A DNA stretch of 35,175 nucleotides from Chiloscyllium plagiosum (lineage: Eukaryota), in the NCBI RefSeq assembly GCF_004010195.1, contig NC_057758.1, positions 3,055,307-3,090,481 on the forward strand, given 5' to 3'. Position numbers and translations under genes: made by a program. The notes under the pieces are model-generated. The model was not told the DNA's origin, did not search any database, and saw only the letters and a list, made by a program, of their open reading frames with translations. Below, in pieces: positions 1 through 11,310 of the stretch. Position 1 is the stretch's first letter; the number at the start of each line of letters is the position of its first letter.

Positions 1-340
1 GGAATAGAGTGGGAGGGGGAGAATAGCGAGAATGAGAGGGGACAATAGCGATTTGAGGGGAGACAGACAGTATGGGTGTGGAGGTGAGAGTGTGGGGGAG
101 AGAGAGTATGGGGCGACAGAGGGGTGGAGAGAGGGGGAAAGAGAGTGCCAGAGGGAGTCACTAAAGAAGAGAGTATGGGAAAGAGTGATGGGGATGAGAG
201 CGTGAGTAGGGGCAAGGAGAAATTGTGGGAGTTAGAGAGAGAAAGTGGGGAGAGACAAAGACTATGGCGAGAGAGAGAGTCGGGGGAGAGACAGGGAGTC
301 GTGGGGAGAGATAGAGAGATAGTGGTGTGGACAGAGAGTG
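1..340. repeat. GA-rich low-complexity tract
   Basis: Almost entirely purines with degenerate (GA)n/GGAGAG units; the ORFs called here are compositional artefacts. Confidence 0.85.
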
Positions 341-909
341 TTTCCTCGTGATTTCTTTTTGTCCTGCACCATCACGATACATTTTGTTTGCCCTTTATTC
401 TTAACTGTTCATACACACATCGAACCTTTTGGGACAGCCCTTGTTAGCTGCCAGTCTTCTTCTCAGAATTCCTCTTTGTTTCTGTATTATGCTTTTACGC
501 CTCAGTTTTAACCTTCTGTCTTCCACTTGGATTTCAATTGCATTTCCTCCCTAATACGTGTCGTTAATTTACATTTCATCCTTTATCTTGGCTCCTTTAT
601 CAACCGTGGTGATGTGCATTTGTTTTTTGTCCAATCTTTCGAATGTAAGAAAATATATCTTAATTACAACTTAGTCATCTCCTGTTTAAACGTAGCTATT
701 TGCTTAGTTGCAGCCTCTTCCACCAACCTCTCAATCCAATCTTTCTGGCTCCCATACACACCGAGTTCAATGTGTCTCTCTACCAAGTCTAACTATGCAT
801 TGAGCAATGTTCTCTGTCATCAACCTGAGCCTTCTGATTTAATTATCACTGTTTCCTAAATATGTTCCCAATTGTCTCACTTGGTCCACCTTATTTCAAA
901 GAGTCTAAC

Positions 910-1132
910 TGTCTTGATTGGAACCAGATGGATCTTGTTGACTATGAGATTCTTGATTGATGTTAACCTGGGGACAAAGAGGAAGAAGCCCTGGCTGATC
1001 CAATTAACAGGCGATTTAGTGTTTCCTCAGTTCAGGGGACTGGCTCCGAGCTGGCTTGCCATAGCCAGTGTACTGTGCACAAAAATATGGGTGACTTGGT
1101 GACGGTATAACGGCGGCTTTGCAGTTATTTCA
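910..1132 (+). mobile_element. Solo LTR of an LTR retrotransposon
   Basis: Begins TG (910) and ends CA (1132), flanked by a perfect 5-bp TSD CTAAC (905-909 and 1133-1137). Removing it rejoins the host CR1 sequence. Strand is inferred from resemblance to shark LTRs I recall. Confidence 0.75.
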
Positions 1133-1207
1133 CTAACAGTGCATCAATTGGTCTTGGACTGGACCCAGGCTGTTGTCAGAAGCTCTCCTGTGTACAATAT
1201 CAGGGCA

Positions 1208-1292
1208 CTCCTCTCTCTCTCTCTCTCTCTCTCTCGCTCGCTCTCTATCTCTCTCTCTCTCTGTTTCTCTCTCTGTCTGTCTGTCTCTCGCA
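1208..1292. repeat. (CT)n / (CTGT)n microsatellite
   Basis: Directly visible tandem CT repeats. Confidence 0.95.
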
Positions 1293-2276
1293 CTCTGTCA
1301 CTTACAGTGTAATTGTTCCAATCTATGACTAGGTGATTATTACAATAACTTTATAATTTCGGATCTCATTCTAATTCCTCTGCAACGTCTGTTCTGTTCA
1401 TCCCTCGCACAAGTCCATAGACCAATGTAATTGCACCGGTCTTAAATCCTTCAAGATTATCTAATTGATTCTGTCCTTCAACAGTCTGGAGCCTCCTTTT
1501 TCCCCCGCAATAAAATACCACCCTTTACCAGCATGGCAACCTTGCCTCCTTCCCTCTATCCCCTATATTTGCTCAGCACTTTGTACCAGTTATATTTCAT
1601 AACCAATCCTGCCCTTCTTTACACCTCAATCTCTCTGTTTGTGTGTGCTGTCAACTGTAATCTAAACTCTACCTTGTTGGACACCAGATATTTGGACAGT
1701 TAATATTGTCCAAACTGTGGGTTATTCACAGAAATACAGTGTATACAGTACCTGTAGTGTGGGCCAACTGATCGTGCAGCATTTGAGCTGTACTCAGTTA
1801 AGCAATGCCCGCAGCATTATAATAGCGACAGTTTGGGAGACTAACGTTTGGACATTCAGCTGTGAGCAACGGACGTGTTGACCATACTAATGTATTGTTC
1901 ACCGTGTGAAAGACTGACAATCTTCACTGATCTGTGTATAGACCCTGGGTATTGATCACTCGAGCGCACAATGAAATGTAAGATCCTTTCCAGCTTATAC
2001 CCTGGGACAATCCAGCTTGGGTTGAAATCTAAGACACTGAATGTAGTCTTATAACCAGTGAGGTTTAGTTAGAGCCAAATATTTAACTCATTGATCAACT
2101 GAACAACAATTAAAAATTGTTTCCCCTCACAAACTTGAAGTGGAAATATTTCTGTCAATAGTGTGCACTTGCAGGTTTTTAGTCTGCTGTTGTCTCCTTG
2201 TGGAGCGTTCGTCTCCAGCTGATGCTCACCAACTGGGTTACCCTAAAAGACCAACGAATGACCGTCAAGTTACTGC

Positions 2277-2345
2277 GGGCTCATGTGGTGCTTTGGTAGT
2301 GTCCTATCTTTAATCCAGGAGGACAGGGCTCATCTCCTACATCTC
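2277..2345 (+). mobile_element. Degenerate tRNA-derived SINE head
   Basis: gggctcatgtggtgctttggtagtgtcc...ccaggaggacagggctcatctcc resembles decayed Pol III A and B boxes of a tRNA-derived SINE. Confidence 0.4.
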
Positions 2346-2794
2346 CTATCAGACCCAGGAAGCAGAAAACCAAATGGAGGCATTCTTTTGTTCAAAATGA
2401 AGTGTGGCTGTTGTTTGTTGAAGTCATCATGACATGGGGCAAAGCCAGCAGCATTCTGTTTATAATTCCACTGCAATTCGGCAGAATGACGTATATAGGT
2501 CTTTGAAAGAGCATGGGAGGTTATGCCTACACCATCATTTCTCTTTTTCCAATGATTTTGTTGTGACTGCCATTTCCGATTATGTATCTGCTGCTAACTT
2601 TGCATGATATGACTGAGTGTGCTTCCAGCTCCCCCTTCGCATGTCCAGATACAGCTAACCAATCTTGAAAGCAAATTTCCTCATTCACTAACTCAACCTA
2701 ATCCCAGTTCCCATTGGAGTATCTTTACCTATTCCGGACCCTCCTCAACCTCAATCATTTCTTCGAGGCAGACCGCAAGATTTACACCCAGTAC

Positions 2795-4900
2795 TGTTGA
2801 ACTCGATCTGCCACTCCTCAGTCTAGCTCTGCATTCTGTTAATATCTTGCTGCAGCCTGCCACAGCCCGCGACACTATTTACAATACTAAGATTTTTGTC
2901 ATTGGCAAGTTACAAACCCACATTTGCACTGCTTCATTTACAGAAATTACAAAAAGCAGAACGCTACAGGCATCATTGGTCACCAGCATCCGTGCGGAAT
3001 ACTTTCCATTCACTAACATTCACTGTCTTCTTTCGGCTTGCCAATTCTGTATTCAGACAGCCAAATTTCCCTGCATCCCAAAGCTCCTAACTTGCTAAAT
3101 GAGCCTACTGTGGGAACCCTATCAAATGCCTTACTAAAATCAATATACGCCACATCCACTGTTCAACCTTCATCAACGTGTCTCGTCACATCCTCAAGGG
3201 ACTTGATAAGGCTTGTGAGGCATGAGCTGCCACTCACAAGGCTAGCCTGACTATCTTTAATAACCTATGTTTTTCAAAATAGTCATAAATCCTATCTCCC
3301 AGAATCCATTGCAGTACCTTATCACAGATGTAAGACTGACAAGTCTGTAATTTCTAGGGATTTCGCTATTCCCTTTCTTGAACAGAAGAACAATATTAAC
3401 CTCCCTCCGATCATCAGTACACTCCTGTGGAGAGTGAGGAGGCAAAGGTCGCTGCCAGAGCGGCAACAATCTCATTCCTTGTGTCCCGTAGTAACCTTGG
3501 ATATATTAGGTCCAGTCCTGGGGACATTTCTATCTTGATGCTGCCCAGAATTTCCGGCAGATCCACGTTCTTTATATTAATTTGTTCAAGCCTATTAACC
3601 TGGCCTGTGATGTTCTCAATGTCAACAAGTTCCCTCTCTCTCGTGAATACTGAAGCAAAATACTCATTCAAGGCCTTCCTCTCCCTCGTTGGACTCCAGG
3701 CACAAGTAACCTCCACCATCCATTATTGGTCATACCCTCTCTCTGATCATTCATTTATTCCTCAAGTAAGAGTAGAACGGCTTTAGGTCTTAGATCAGAG
3801 CGGTGTTGGAAAAGCACAGCAGGTTAGTCAGCATCCGAGGAGCAGGTAAATCGACGTTTTGGGAAAAAGCCTTTCATCAGGAGTGCTTTTCCTTAATCCT
3901 GCCCACAAAGGTTTTTTTCTCCTCCACCTAGCTATCCGCGGTCCTTTTCTGAGTTCTTTCCTAGCTACCCTATAATCCTTTAAAGCTGTGACAGGTCATT
4001 GCTTCCTCAACCTTACTAAGGGTCCGTCTTCATCTTGATGAAGAGCTCTTCTTCTCTTGTCATCCAAGGCTCATTCACCTTCCCATTCTTTGTCTTAGGG
4101 CTGCTTAAATTGCCTCCCCATTTCTGTTATGCATTTCCTGGAGAATAGTTGGTCCAAATTTATACTCCACAGCTCCTGTCTAATAGCAGTATGATACACC
4201 AAACTCTCCCCCTCCCCAAGTAAATACCTTCCCATTCTGTCTGTTCCTATCCCTCTGTAATACTATGGTAAAAGTGAGGCAGTTGTGATCACTGTCACCG
4301 AAAGAGACTCCCACCAAGAGATCTGAAACCTGGCTGTTTCATTGCCTAGCACCAAATCCAATATGACATCCTCCTTCGTCGGCCTATCTGCATATTGGAT
4401 ATGGAATCCCTCCTGGACACACCTATCAACATCGGCTCCATCCAGACCATCTGCACTAAGGAGATTCCAATCAATATTGGGAAGTTGAAGTCATCCGTTA
4501 CATCTGCACCTTTCCAAGATCTCCTTTCAAATCTGTTCTCATTGATCTGCTTCTATTTGGGCGGCGAAAGGGGGTATGGCGGGGGGGTGGGGGTGGGACG
4601 GGGGGAGATGGTTGTTATAGGAAACACCCAATAGAGTGACGGCTCCTTTCCAGTTGCTGACTTCCGCCCATACTGATTTAGTAGACAAGCCCTCCTCAGC
4701 AACCTTTTTTCTGCAGCGGAGATGCAATGTCTAATTAACAATGGCACTTTCCCATTTCTTTTATCCCTTCCATGTTCTTATGAAAAGATCTAAACCCTGG
4801 AATATCCAGCAACCTTTCCTATCCCAGTGAAATTCACTATGGCCACAACATGCAATTCGTCTGCCCATGCTCTTCGCATTGACGTAGAGCATGAGGATGG
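2795..4900 (-). mobile_element. CR1 LINE ORF2 (endonuclease to reverse transcriptase), degenerate
   Basis: Minus-strand ORF pieces LYVNAKS (EN start), SVWAEVSNWKGAVTLLGVSY, ALNEYFASVFTRE...SPGLDLIYPRLL and NIVLLFKKGNSEIPRNYRLVSLTSV are collinear with the 507-aa CR1 ORF at 12122-13645. Confidence 0.9.
3789..3882 (-). mobile_element. Short PLE pseudo-LTR fragment with a decayed hammerhead core, inserted in a CR1
   Basis: Same motif as 17119-17212. The reverse complement reads CTGATGA-AAGGCTTTTTCCC-AAAAC-GTC, with core G12 mutated. Confidence 0.8.
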
Positions 4901-5104
4901 AAGTTGACATTGAGGAAGCTGCGACATCTTGGCCTGAATGATCCATCCTTGTCAGATTCCCTTCTCCAAGGCTGTTAGAGAGGAAGAAAGCTGGATCCGG
5001 TCTGTGTTCTTTGCTAATAAAATGGACTGACATGAGCCCAGGGTGCATGATGCGTTCTAACCGAAGAACACATGAATACATAGAGCAGAACTGCATTCAA
5101 TGCC

Positions 5105-5790
5105 CTCAGTGTGGTCTGACTGAAGGATTTGGAGACCACAACTGGAGTTTGTCCTGAAAGGTGCCAAACTTCTCCGACGTTGTTGGAGCTGCGCCAGTCG
5201 AGGTAATGGGAGAATATTCACCATACTTCTTATTTATGACCTGTAGATTATGGACAGGTTCTGGGCAGTGAATATGTGAGTTACTCATTGCAGTTTTCCT
5301 AGCATCTGACCTGAATTCGTAGCCATAGTCTAATGATGATCATAAATGCCTTGTCGATCGCCAGAAAAAAATGTAATGGTGATGCCTTTAATGAATACGT
5401 TCTCTCTTAATGGTGAACCTCATGAAATTGATAGTCGGGTGTTCAGTGGTAGTAATGCCATTGAATATCAAGGGCTGATGTTTAGATTCTCGCTTGTTGG
5501 AGATGGTCATTGTCTGGCATTTGTGTACGGTTCCTTGTTTTTGTTAACCCAAAGATGGACACTGTTGCCTTTGAACATTGACTGTTTCAATATCTGAGGG
5601 GCCGCTATTGGTATTGAACATTGTGCAAATGTCCTCACTTCTGCCCTGATGATGGAGAGAAGGTCGTTGATGAAGCACTGAATGTGGATAGCTTGAGGAA
5701 CTCCTGCAGACCTGAGATGGTTGACGTCCAACAACCACAACCATTTTCCAATGTACCAGGTATGACTTCAACAAGCAGAGTGCTTGTCAA
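5105..5790 (-). mobile_element. Second LINE family (CR1/L2 group), RT C-terminal fragment
   Basis: Minus-strand pieces CFINDLLSIIRAEVRTFA and EYSPITSTGAAPTTSEKFGTFQDK resemble non-LTR RT domain 4/5 and post-RT motifs, but differ from the dominant CR1 family here. Confidence 0.7.
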
Positions 5791-6394
5791 TTAAGTTTAA
5801 TGTATTTAACACGTGAAATCTGGCGTGGAAAGCCTTTCCGAATAAGTACATATGAATATTATAAAATGTGCACTTATCGTTTGCCTCCATCATCGGAGAG
5901 AGGCAAATAGCTCATGGGAGAAAGTGGCTGATCGTGGAAGCACTTCGAATTGAGGATGTACTTAGAAGTCTTTCAACTCTAACGGTCTGGGATCGCCGTA
6001 TATTTTGGGGTGTGGAACTATGCGGACCCTCCGCCTCTGTCCTGTTTTCTAATCAAACACAACCATTCTGTGTGGGAGATGGTTTGAGATCAGATACGCT
6101 AGATGTGGAATAACAGAGCTTAAGCTATCGCGCACTATTCAACCCATGCATGCTGTTCCTGCTATTTAGCTTGCATGCATTTCTTGATTAAATCCTCACC
6201 AATTTCAACTATCGTGCTACCGCCCCACAGTGTCTCAAGGACATCCAGTTGTGGAATTGATTGCTTTGCTTTGAAGTAGATTTGACCGACGTCATGAACA
6301 TCACCAAATGGCCCAAAGCAGCAGACAACAGCAGCTGAAATCAACATGTACTGAGTCCCAGAATAGGACAGGAGAACAAGAAATCGTGAAGGAT

Positions 6395-6830
6395 GAGAGA
6401 CAGAGAGCGCACGTGAGCGAGAGAGAGAGGGAGAAAGAAAGATGGGCATTGTTAAGAAGGAGTGTAACATTGACAACACTTTAACAAGAATTCTCAGGGT
6501 GCACAGAACATAGCATATCCGAGGGCTGTACAATGAGAGATTAAATGTTATTACAGTCTTCTTCTCACTATCTTTGTATTACCTCGTCCGGTATCTCTCT
6601 CGATTGCTCTAACTTCCTCTGTGTCTCCATATTTTTAGCAGCAGCTCATGCATGCTGTTCCTGCTGTCATGCAGAGAGAGAGCTGAGAGAGAGAGAGAGA
6701 GAGATAAAACAAGAAAGAGGGTGAGAGAGAGATGGACAATATAAATGTGGACAGAATGAAACGTACAAGGAAATGAAAATGTCACAGGGAAGGATTCAGA
6801 GAGAGAAACAGGGAAAATGAGAGAGATACG
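6395..6830. repeat. GA-rich low-complexity region with (GA)n tracts
   Basis: (GA)n runs at about 6395-6440 and 6672-6735. Confidence 0.7.
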
Positions 6831-7117
6831 ATAAGGGATTAATCCATCCCTGAAGAACTAAGTGTTCGAAGTAATGAAGTATTGATCCAAAACCACCTGA
6901 AGAAGTTTGAATGATTCATGTTTTGGGTGATTGATGCATTTCCTGCATGACGAGGTGATTGCTGTGATGAGGCATTAATCCATCACGACTGGAGGAGTAC
7001 ATGATTGATGTTATCACGGTTTGATCCATTCACCAAGACAACTGGGTAATCGATGTGGGCAACCTCAGAGATACACAAATACAGATACAAATACAGATAC
7101 ACAGACACACATATTCA

Positions 7118-7925
7118 AAAGGCCCACAACACACTGCAGTACACCAGAACTGCAAAAAGAGGAAGAAGAACACCAATACAATGTATTTGCCAAAAACAGA
7201 CACCGCCACAATGTCATCAACAGATGCCTAAGGGAAAGACAACGGAATGAGAACATGCCACAACCCAAAGGACTAGCCACACTACCATACATCAAAAACA
7301 TTTCCGAACTGATAGCCAGACTTCTGCGACCACTAGGACTCATAACAGCACACAAACCAACAGCCACTCTTAGACAACAACTCAACAGGATGAAGGACCC
7401 GATACCCAGCATGAGCAAAACCAATGTAGTGTACAAAATCCCATGCAAGGACTGCACAAAACACTAGATAGGACAAACAGGAAGACAGCTAACGATCCGC
7501 ATCCATGAACACCAACTAGCCACGAAATGACACGACCAGCTATTCTTAGTGGCCACATACTCAGATGACAAGCAACATGAGTTCGACTGGGACAACACTA
7601 CTATTATAGGACAAGCCAAACAGAGAACAGCCGGGGAATTCCTAGAGGCATGGCACTCATCCACTGATTCAATGAACAAGCACATCGACCTGGACCCAAT
7701 ATACCGGCCACTGCAGCGGACAGCTGGAACTGACAACCGGAAGCGGCAGATATAAAACACTATAAATGCCGGAGGAAAGATCACAGAAGCGCTTCACAGG
7801 AGGCTCCCAAGAACTGAGGATGTCACCTAGACAGGGGACGAAACGTCTGCAACACAAATTCCCAGCTCGGCGAACAGAGCCACAATAACGAGCACCCGAG
7901 CTACAAATCTTCTTCCAAACTTTGA
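7118..7925 (+). mobile_element. 5'-truncated Penelope-like element (Poseidon-like) with GIY-YIG endonuclease and 3' pseudo-LTR
   Basis: LATLPYIKNISELIARLLRPLG...VVYKIPCKDCTKH*IGQTGRQLTIRIHEH...EFLEAWHS, with in-frame stops. Flanked by an 11-bp direct repeat ACACATATTCA (7107-7117, 7926-7936). Confidence 0.92.
7811..7850 (+). ncRNA. Minimal hammerhead ribozyme motif in PLE pseudo-LTR
   Basis: CTGAGGA (7814-7820), T, stem II GTCACCT/AGAC/AGGGGAC, then GAAAC-GTC; predicted cleavage after 7847. Stem I has one mismatch in this copy. Confidence 0.75.
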
Positions 7926-8726
7926 ACACATATTCACAAATACGCTTCCCTCCAAGACACAAATATGTCCCGTGCGAGGCAAAGCTAGTCGCACACAGTT
8001 TCTCATCCCTATTTACAGAAGTTATAACTTGGGATATTTTAAAATGCACATCATTTGGTCCCCTTGACTGACGTGGTCTAAAACCATTCTTCAAATTATC
8101 TTCAGTTACAGCGTCGTAGAGTCCTACTGTACGGAGACAGGCTGGTTTGTCTTAATTGGTCAATGCTTATAAAAAGAAATCCATCAACGCCACATTCATT
8201 TCCCTGTACTTATCCCATATCCTTCTAAACCTTTCCTATCCATGTGTTTGTTCAAAACTTTTTAAAATGTTGTTAATGTACCCGTCTCAACAACTTCTGC
8301 TGGCAGCTCATTCCATATGCGTACCACTCTCTGTGTGAAAACGTTGCCCAACAACTTCCCTTTTCTGCAGTCCCTTCAATTTAAACTGATGTCCTCTAAT
8401 CTTTGGTTCCTAAACCTTGGAAAATTACTTAATGCTTTCACCCTATCCATGCCTCTCATGATCTTATGCACTTCTATAATATCCCCTCTCAGCCTCCTAT
8501 ACTCGAGGTAAAAAAGCTCAAACTTGTCCAACATCTTCTGTTAACTCAAACCCTTGGATCCAAAAATCTTGGACATTTCTTCTGCATTCTTTCCAGTTCA
8601 ATAATATAATTCCTATTGAAAAGTGACCAAAACTGAACACAATCCTACAACCGCCTCCTCAAAAACGCCCTGTCCAACTACAGCATAACTTCCCAACTTC
8701 TGTGCTCAATGCCCTGACTGATAGAG

Positions 8727-9709
8727 TTGAAAAGTGTGGTGCTGGAAAAGCGCAGCAGGCCAGGCAGCAACCGAGGAGCAGGAAAATCGACGTTTCGGGC
8801 ATAAGCCTTTCTTCCGGAATGAGGCTGGTGTGCCAGGCGGGCTGAGATAAAAGATGGGGGGAGAGTTTGAGGGAGGGGCGCTGGGAATACGAGAGGTGGA
8901 AGGAGGTGAGGGTGAGGATGATAGGCCGGAGAGGGGGTGGGGGCGGAGAGGTCGGGAAGAAGATTGCAGGTCTGGAGGGCGGTGCTGAATCCGGAGGTTG
9001 GGACTAAGATAAGATGGGGGGAGGGGAAATGAGGAATCTGGAGACATCTACATTCATCCCGTGTGGTTGGAGGGTTCCTAGGCGGAAGATGAGGTGCTCT
9101 TCCTCCAGGCGTCGTGTGGCCAGGGTCTGGCGATGGNNNNNNNNNNNNNNNNNNNNNNNNNNNNNNNNNNNNNNNNNNNNNNNNNNNNNNNNNNNNNNNN
9201 NNNNNNNNNNNNNNNNNNNNNNNNNNNNNNNNNNNNNNNNNNNNNNNNNNNNNNNNNNNNNNNNNNNNNNNNNNNNNNNNNNNNNNNNNNNNNNNNNNNN
9301 NNNNNNNNNNNNNNNNNNNNNNNNNNNNNNNNNNNNNNNNNNNNNNNNNNNNNNNNNNNNNNNNNNNNNNNNNNNNNNNNNNNNNNNNNNNNNNNNNNNN
9401 NNNNNNNNNNNNNNNNNNNNNNNNNNNGGTGGAAGGTGAGGACCAGTGGGGTTCTGTCCTGGTGGTGATTGGAGGGGCGCGGTTCAGGGACGGAGGTGCG
9501 GGAAGTGGAGGATATGCAGTGGAGAGCATTGTCGACTATGTCAGAGGGAAAATTGCGGTCTTTGAAGAAGGAGGGCAGTTGGGCTGTTCGGTAGTGGGAA
9601 ACGTCGATTCTCCTTCTCCTCGGGTGCTGCCTGGCCTGCTGTGCTTTTCCAGCACCAAACATTTCAACTCAGGTCTCCAGCATCTGCAGTCCTCACTTTC
9701 TCCTAGTTC
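8727..9709 (-). mobile_element. Penelope-like element (second, Neptune-like family) with inverted pseudo-LTRs; spans the assembly gap
   Basis: Perfect 16-bp TSD GCCCTGACTGATAGAG (8711-8726, 9710-9725). Minus-strand protein remnants FFKDRNFPSDIVDNAL...DRTPLVLTFH and RRLEEEHLIFRLGTLQPHGMN (PLE endonuclease C-terminus). Terminal repeat present in opposite orientations at about 8727-8820 and 9598-9705. Confidence 0.85.
9137..9427. other. Assembly gap (291 N)
   Basis: Run of N bases. Confidence 1.
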
Positions 9710-9997
9710 GCCCTGACTGATAGAGGCCAGTATGCCAAAAGCTTCTTCACAGTGACTCCACTTTCAGAGAACCGTGAACGTGAACTCCAAGGTCCCTCTG
9801 ATCCATTGCACTTCTTAATACCCTACCATTCATCATTAAACTCCAACCTTGATTTAACTTCCTAAGTGCAAGACCTCACACGTTTCAATATTCAATACCA
9901 TATGCCGTTTCTCAGCCCACTTCCCCAGCTGTTCAAGATTCTGCTCCAATACCGGTAACCTTCATTACTAAACACAATAATTCCTGGTTCAGTGTCT

Positions 9998-10285
9998 GAT
10001 TAGATTAGATTACTTACAGTGTGGAAACAGGCCCTTCGGCCCAACAAGTCCATACCGACCCGCCGAAGCGTAACCCACCCATACCCCTACATTTACCCCT
10101 TTTTTAACCTAACACTACGGGCAATTTAGCATGGCCAATTCACCTGACCCGCACATCTTTGTGACTGTGGGAGGAAACCGGAGCACCCGGAGGAAACCCA
10201 CACAGACACGGGGAGAATGTGCAAACTCCACACAGTCAGTCGCCTGAGTCAGGAATTGAACCCAGGTCTCTGGTGCTGTGAGGCA
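9998..10285 (-). mobile_element. HE1-like V-SINE (tRNA-derived head, CR1-related tail)
   Basis: The reverse complement has a B box (ctgggttcaattcctg), the V-SINE core tgtgtggagtttgcacattctccccgtgtctgtgtgggtttcctccgggtgctccggtttcctcccacagtc, a gggccgaagggcctgt tail also seen at CR1 3' ends here (13891-13906) and (TCTAA)n terminal repeats. Confidence 0.9.
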
Positions 10286-10619
10286 CTTTTACCAATTTAC
10301 CAGTCATGCCTTGTACGTTCTCATCCAAATCATTGATATAGAGAACAAACATCAATGGGCCCAGCACTGACCCTGGAGTCATCCAAATGAGTCACATGCC
10401 TCCAGTCAGACAAGGGCCCTTAAACTATTATGCTCTGCTTCTACCATTAATCCAAATGTATATCCAATTTGCCAGCTCTTCCTAGAATCCAATTGATCTA
10501 ACCTTCTCGAGCACCCTACCACATGGAACTTTATCAAAGGCCTTACTGAAATTCATATAGACTATATTTACTGCACTTTCCTTGTCAACATTCCTGGTCA
10601 CTTCATCAAACAACTCTAA

Positions 10620-11310
10620 ATTCTCCTCTTAAATACTTAATTCGTGAATTACCGGCCTCCATTTGCAGCAGTGAGAGCGGTGAGAGCGTGTATAGGGAGA
10701 TGGCCAGGAAGGGAAGCTTCCCTCTTAAAGACTGACTTCCTGAATAAGTGGATTGAAGGCTCAACGACAGTGGGCTAAGTCACAGGGATTATTGGGCACA
10801 TGAACTGATATATTCGGACCGTGGTTAAACCGAAGTCGCTATACATGTCCTCCGGCTCTGAAAAAAAGACAGTGTGTGGTGGCTATGTAATGTCAAGCCT
10901 TTTTTTGTATTGTTAAATCTTTCTTGGCAATTTAAAGCAGGGGGAACGAAGCTAGGGAAGTTGCATGCTCCTTTTGCAGGATGTGGGATGTAAGGATTAT
11001 CACTGGTGTCACTGCTGACTGCATGTGTGAGAAGCGCACCCAAATCCAGCTCTTCACAGATTACATTAGGGAACTTGATCTGGAGCTGGATGAACTTCGG
11101 ATCACTCGGGAGGCTGGGGGGATTAATAGAGAAGAAGTATGGGAAGGTAGTCACATCTAATGTACCGGATAATTGTAGCCGGGACCGTCAGGGGAGGGAA
11201 AGGCAATAGGCAAACAGTATATGGACTGCCTGCGGCCGTTTCCCTCAATAATAACTATATCGTTTTGAATACTGTTGGGCGGGGCAGCAATCTACCAGGA
11301 GAAAGGACAC
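10620..11310 (+). mobile_element. CR1 LINE 'B', 5' UTR and ORF1 N-terminus (zinc finger / leucine-zipper region)
   Basis: From 10960 it reads VACSFCRMWDVRIITGVTADCMCEKRTQIQLFTDYIRELDLELDELRITREAG, a CxxC...CxK(C>R) motif followed by heptad leucines, typical of CR1 ORF1. Confidence 0.8.

Larger units (their letters stand above)
430..1640 (-). mobile_element. Old, degenerate CR1 LINE ORF2 endonuclease-region fragment, interrupted by a solo LTR and a microsatellite
   Basis: The minus strand reads as decayed CR1 endonuclease motifs: EGQDW..NITGYKV...GGKVAMLVKG at about 1530-1620 and VDQV..LGTYLGNSDN at about 845-890. These parallel GQDWQLKVAACKCYRKDRKGGKRGRGVASLIRD and GQV..VGEHFGDGDHN in better-preserved copies in this window. 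Confidence 0.6.
8110..10619 (-). mobile_element. CR1 LINE 'A', 3' part (host of the nested stack; continues at 21714-21995)
   Basis: Reverse-complement CR1 3' end and RT sequence (e.g. SQGIEHRSWEVML; ggaactttatcaaaggccttactgaaattcatatagac = DFSKAFDKVP). It is split by a PLE, a SINE and CR1 'B'. Confidence 0.85.

Noticed and set aside
124..382. ORFs in the GA-rich tract and in the CA-rich tract at 24731-25125
   Set aside because: Low-complexity sequence lacking stop codons by composition.
2619..3098. 159-aa plus-strand ORF and similar ORFs (3427-3786, 12169-12567, 17581-18012, 20352-20897)
   Set aside because: Antisense shadows of CR1 ORF2.
6162..6533. 123-aa minus-strand ORF
   Set aside because: No recognisable motif, crosses a (GA)n tract and has no convincing splice or start context.
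6845..6905. CTGAAGA motifs at about 6850 and 6897 as additional hammerheads
   Set aside because: No proper GAAA-stem III-UH follows and there is no pLTR context.
8678..9716. Long ORFs of 124-283 aa on both strands
   Set aside because: They are open only because they run through the 291-N gap; the flanks are PLE sequence.
10240..10285. tRNA-like B-box sequence
   Set aside because: It is the truncated head of the SINE, not a tRNA gene; there is no cloverleaf.
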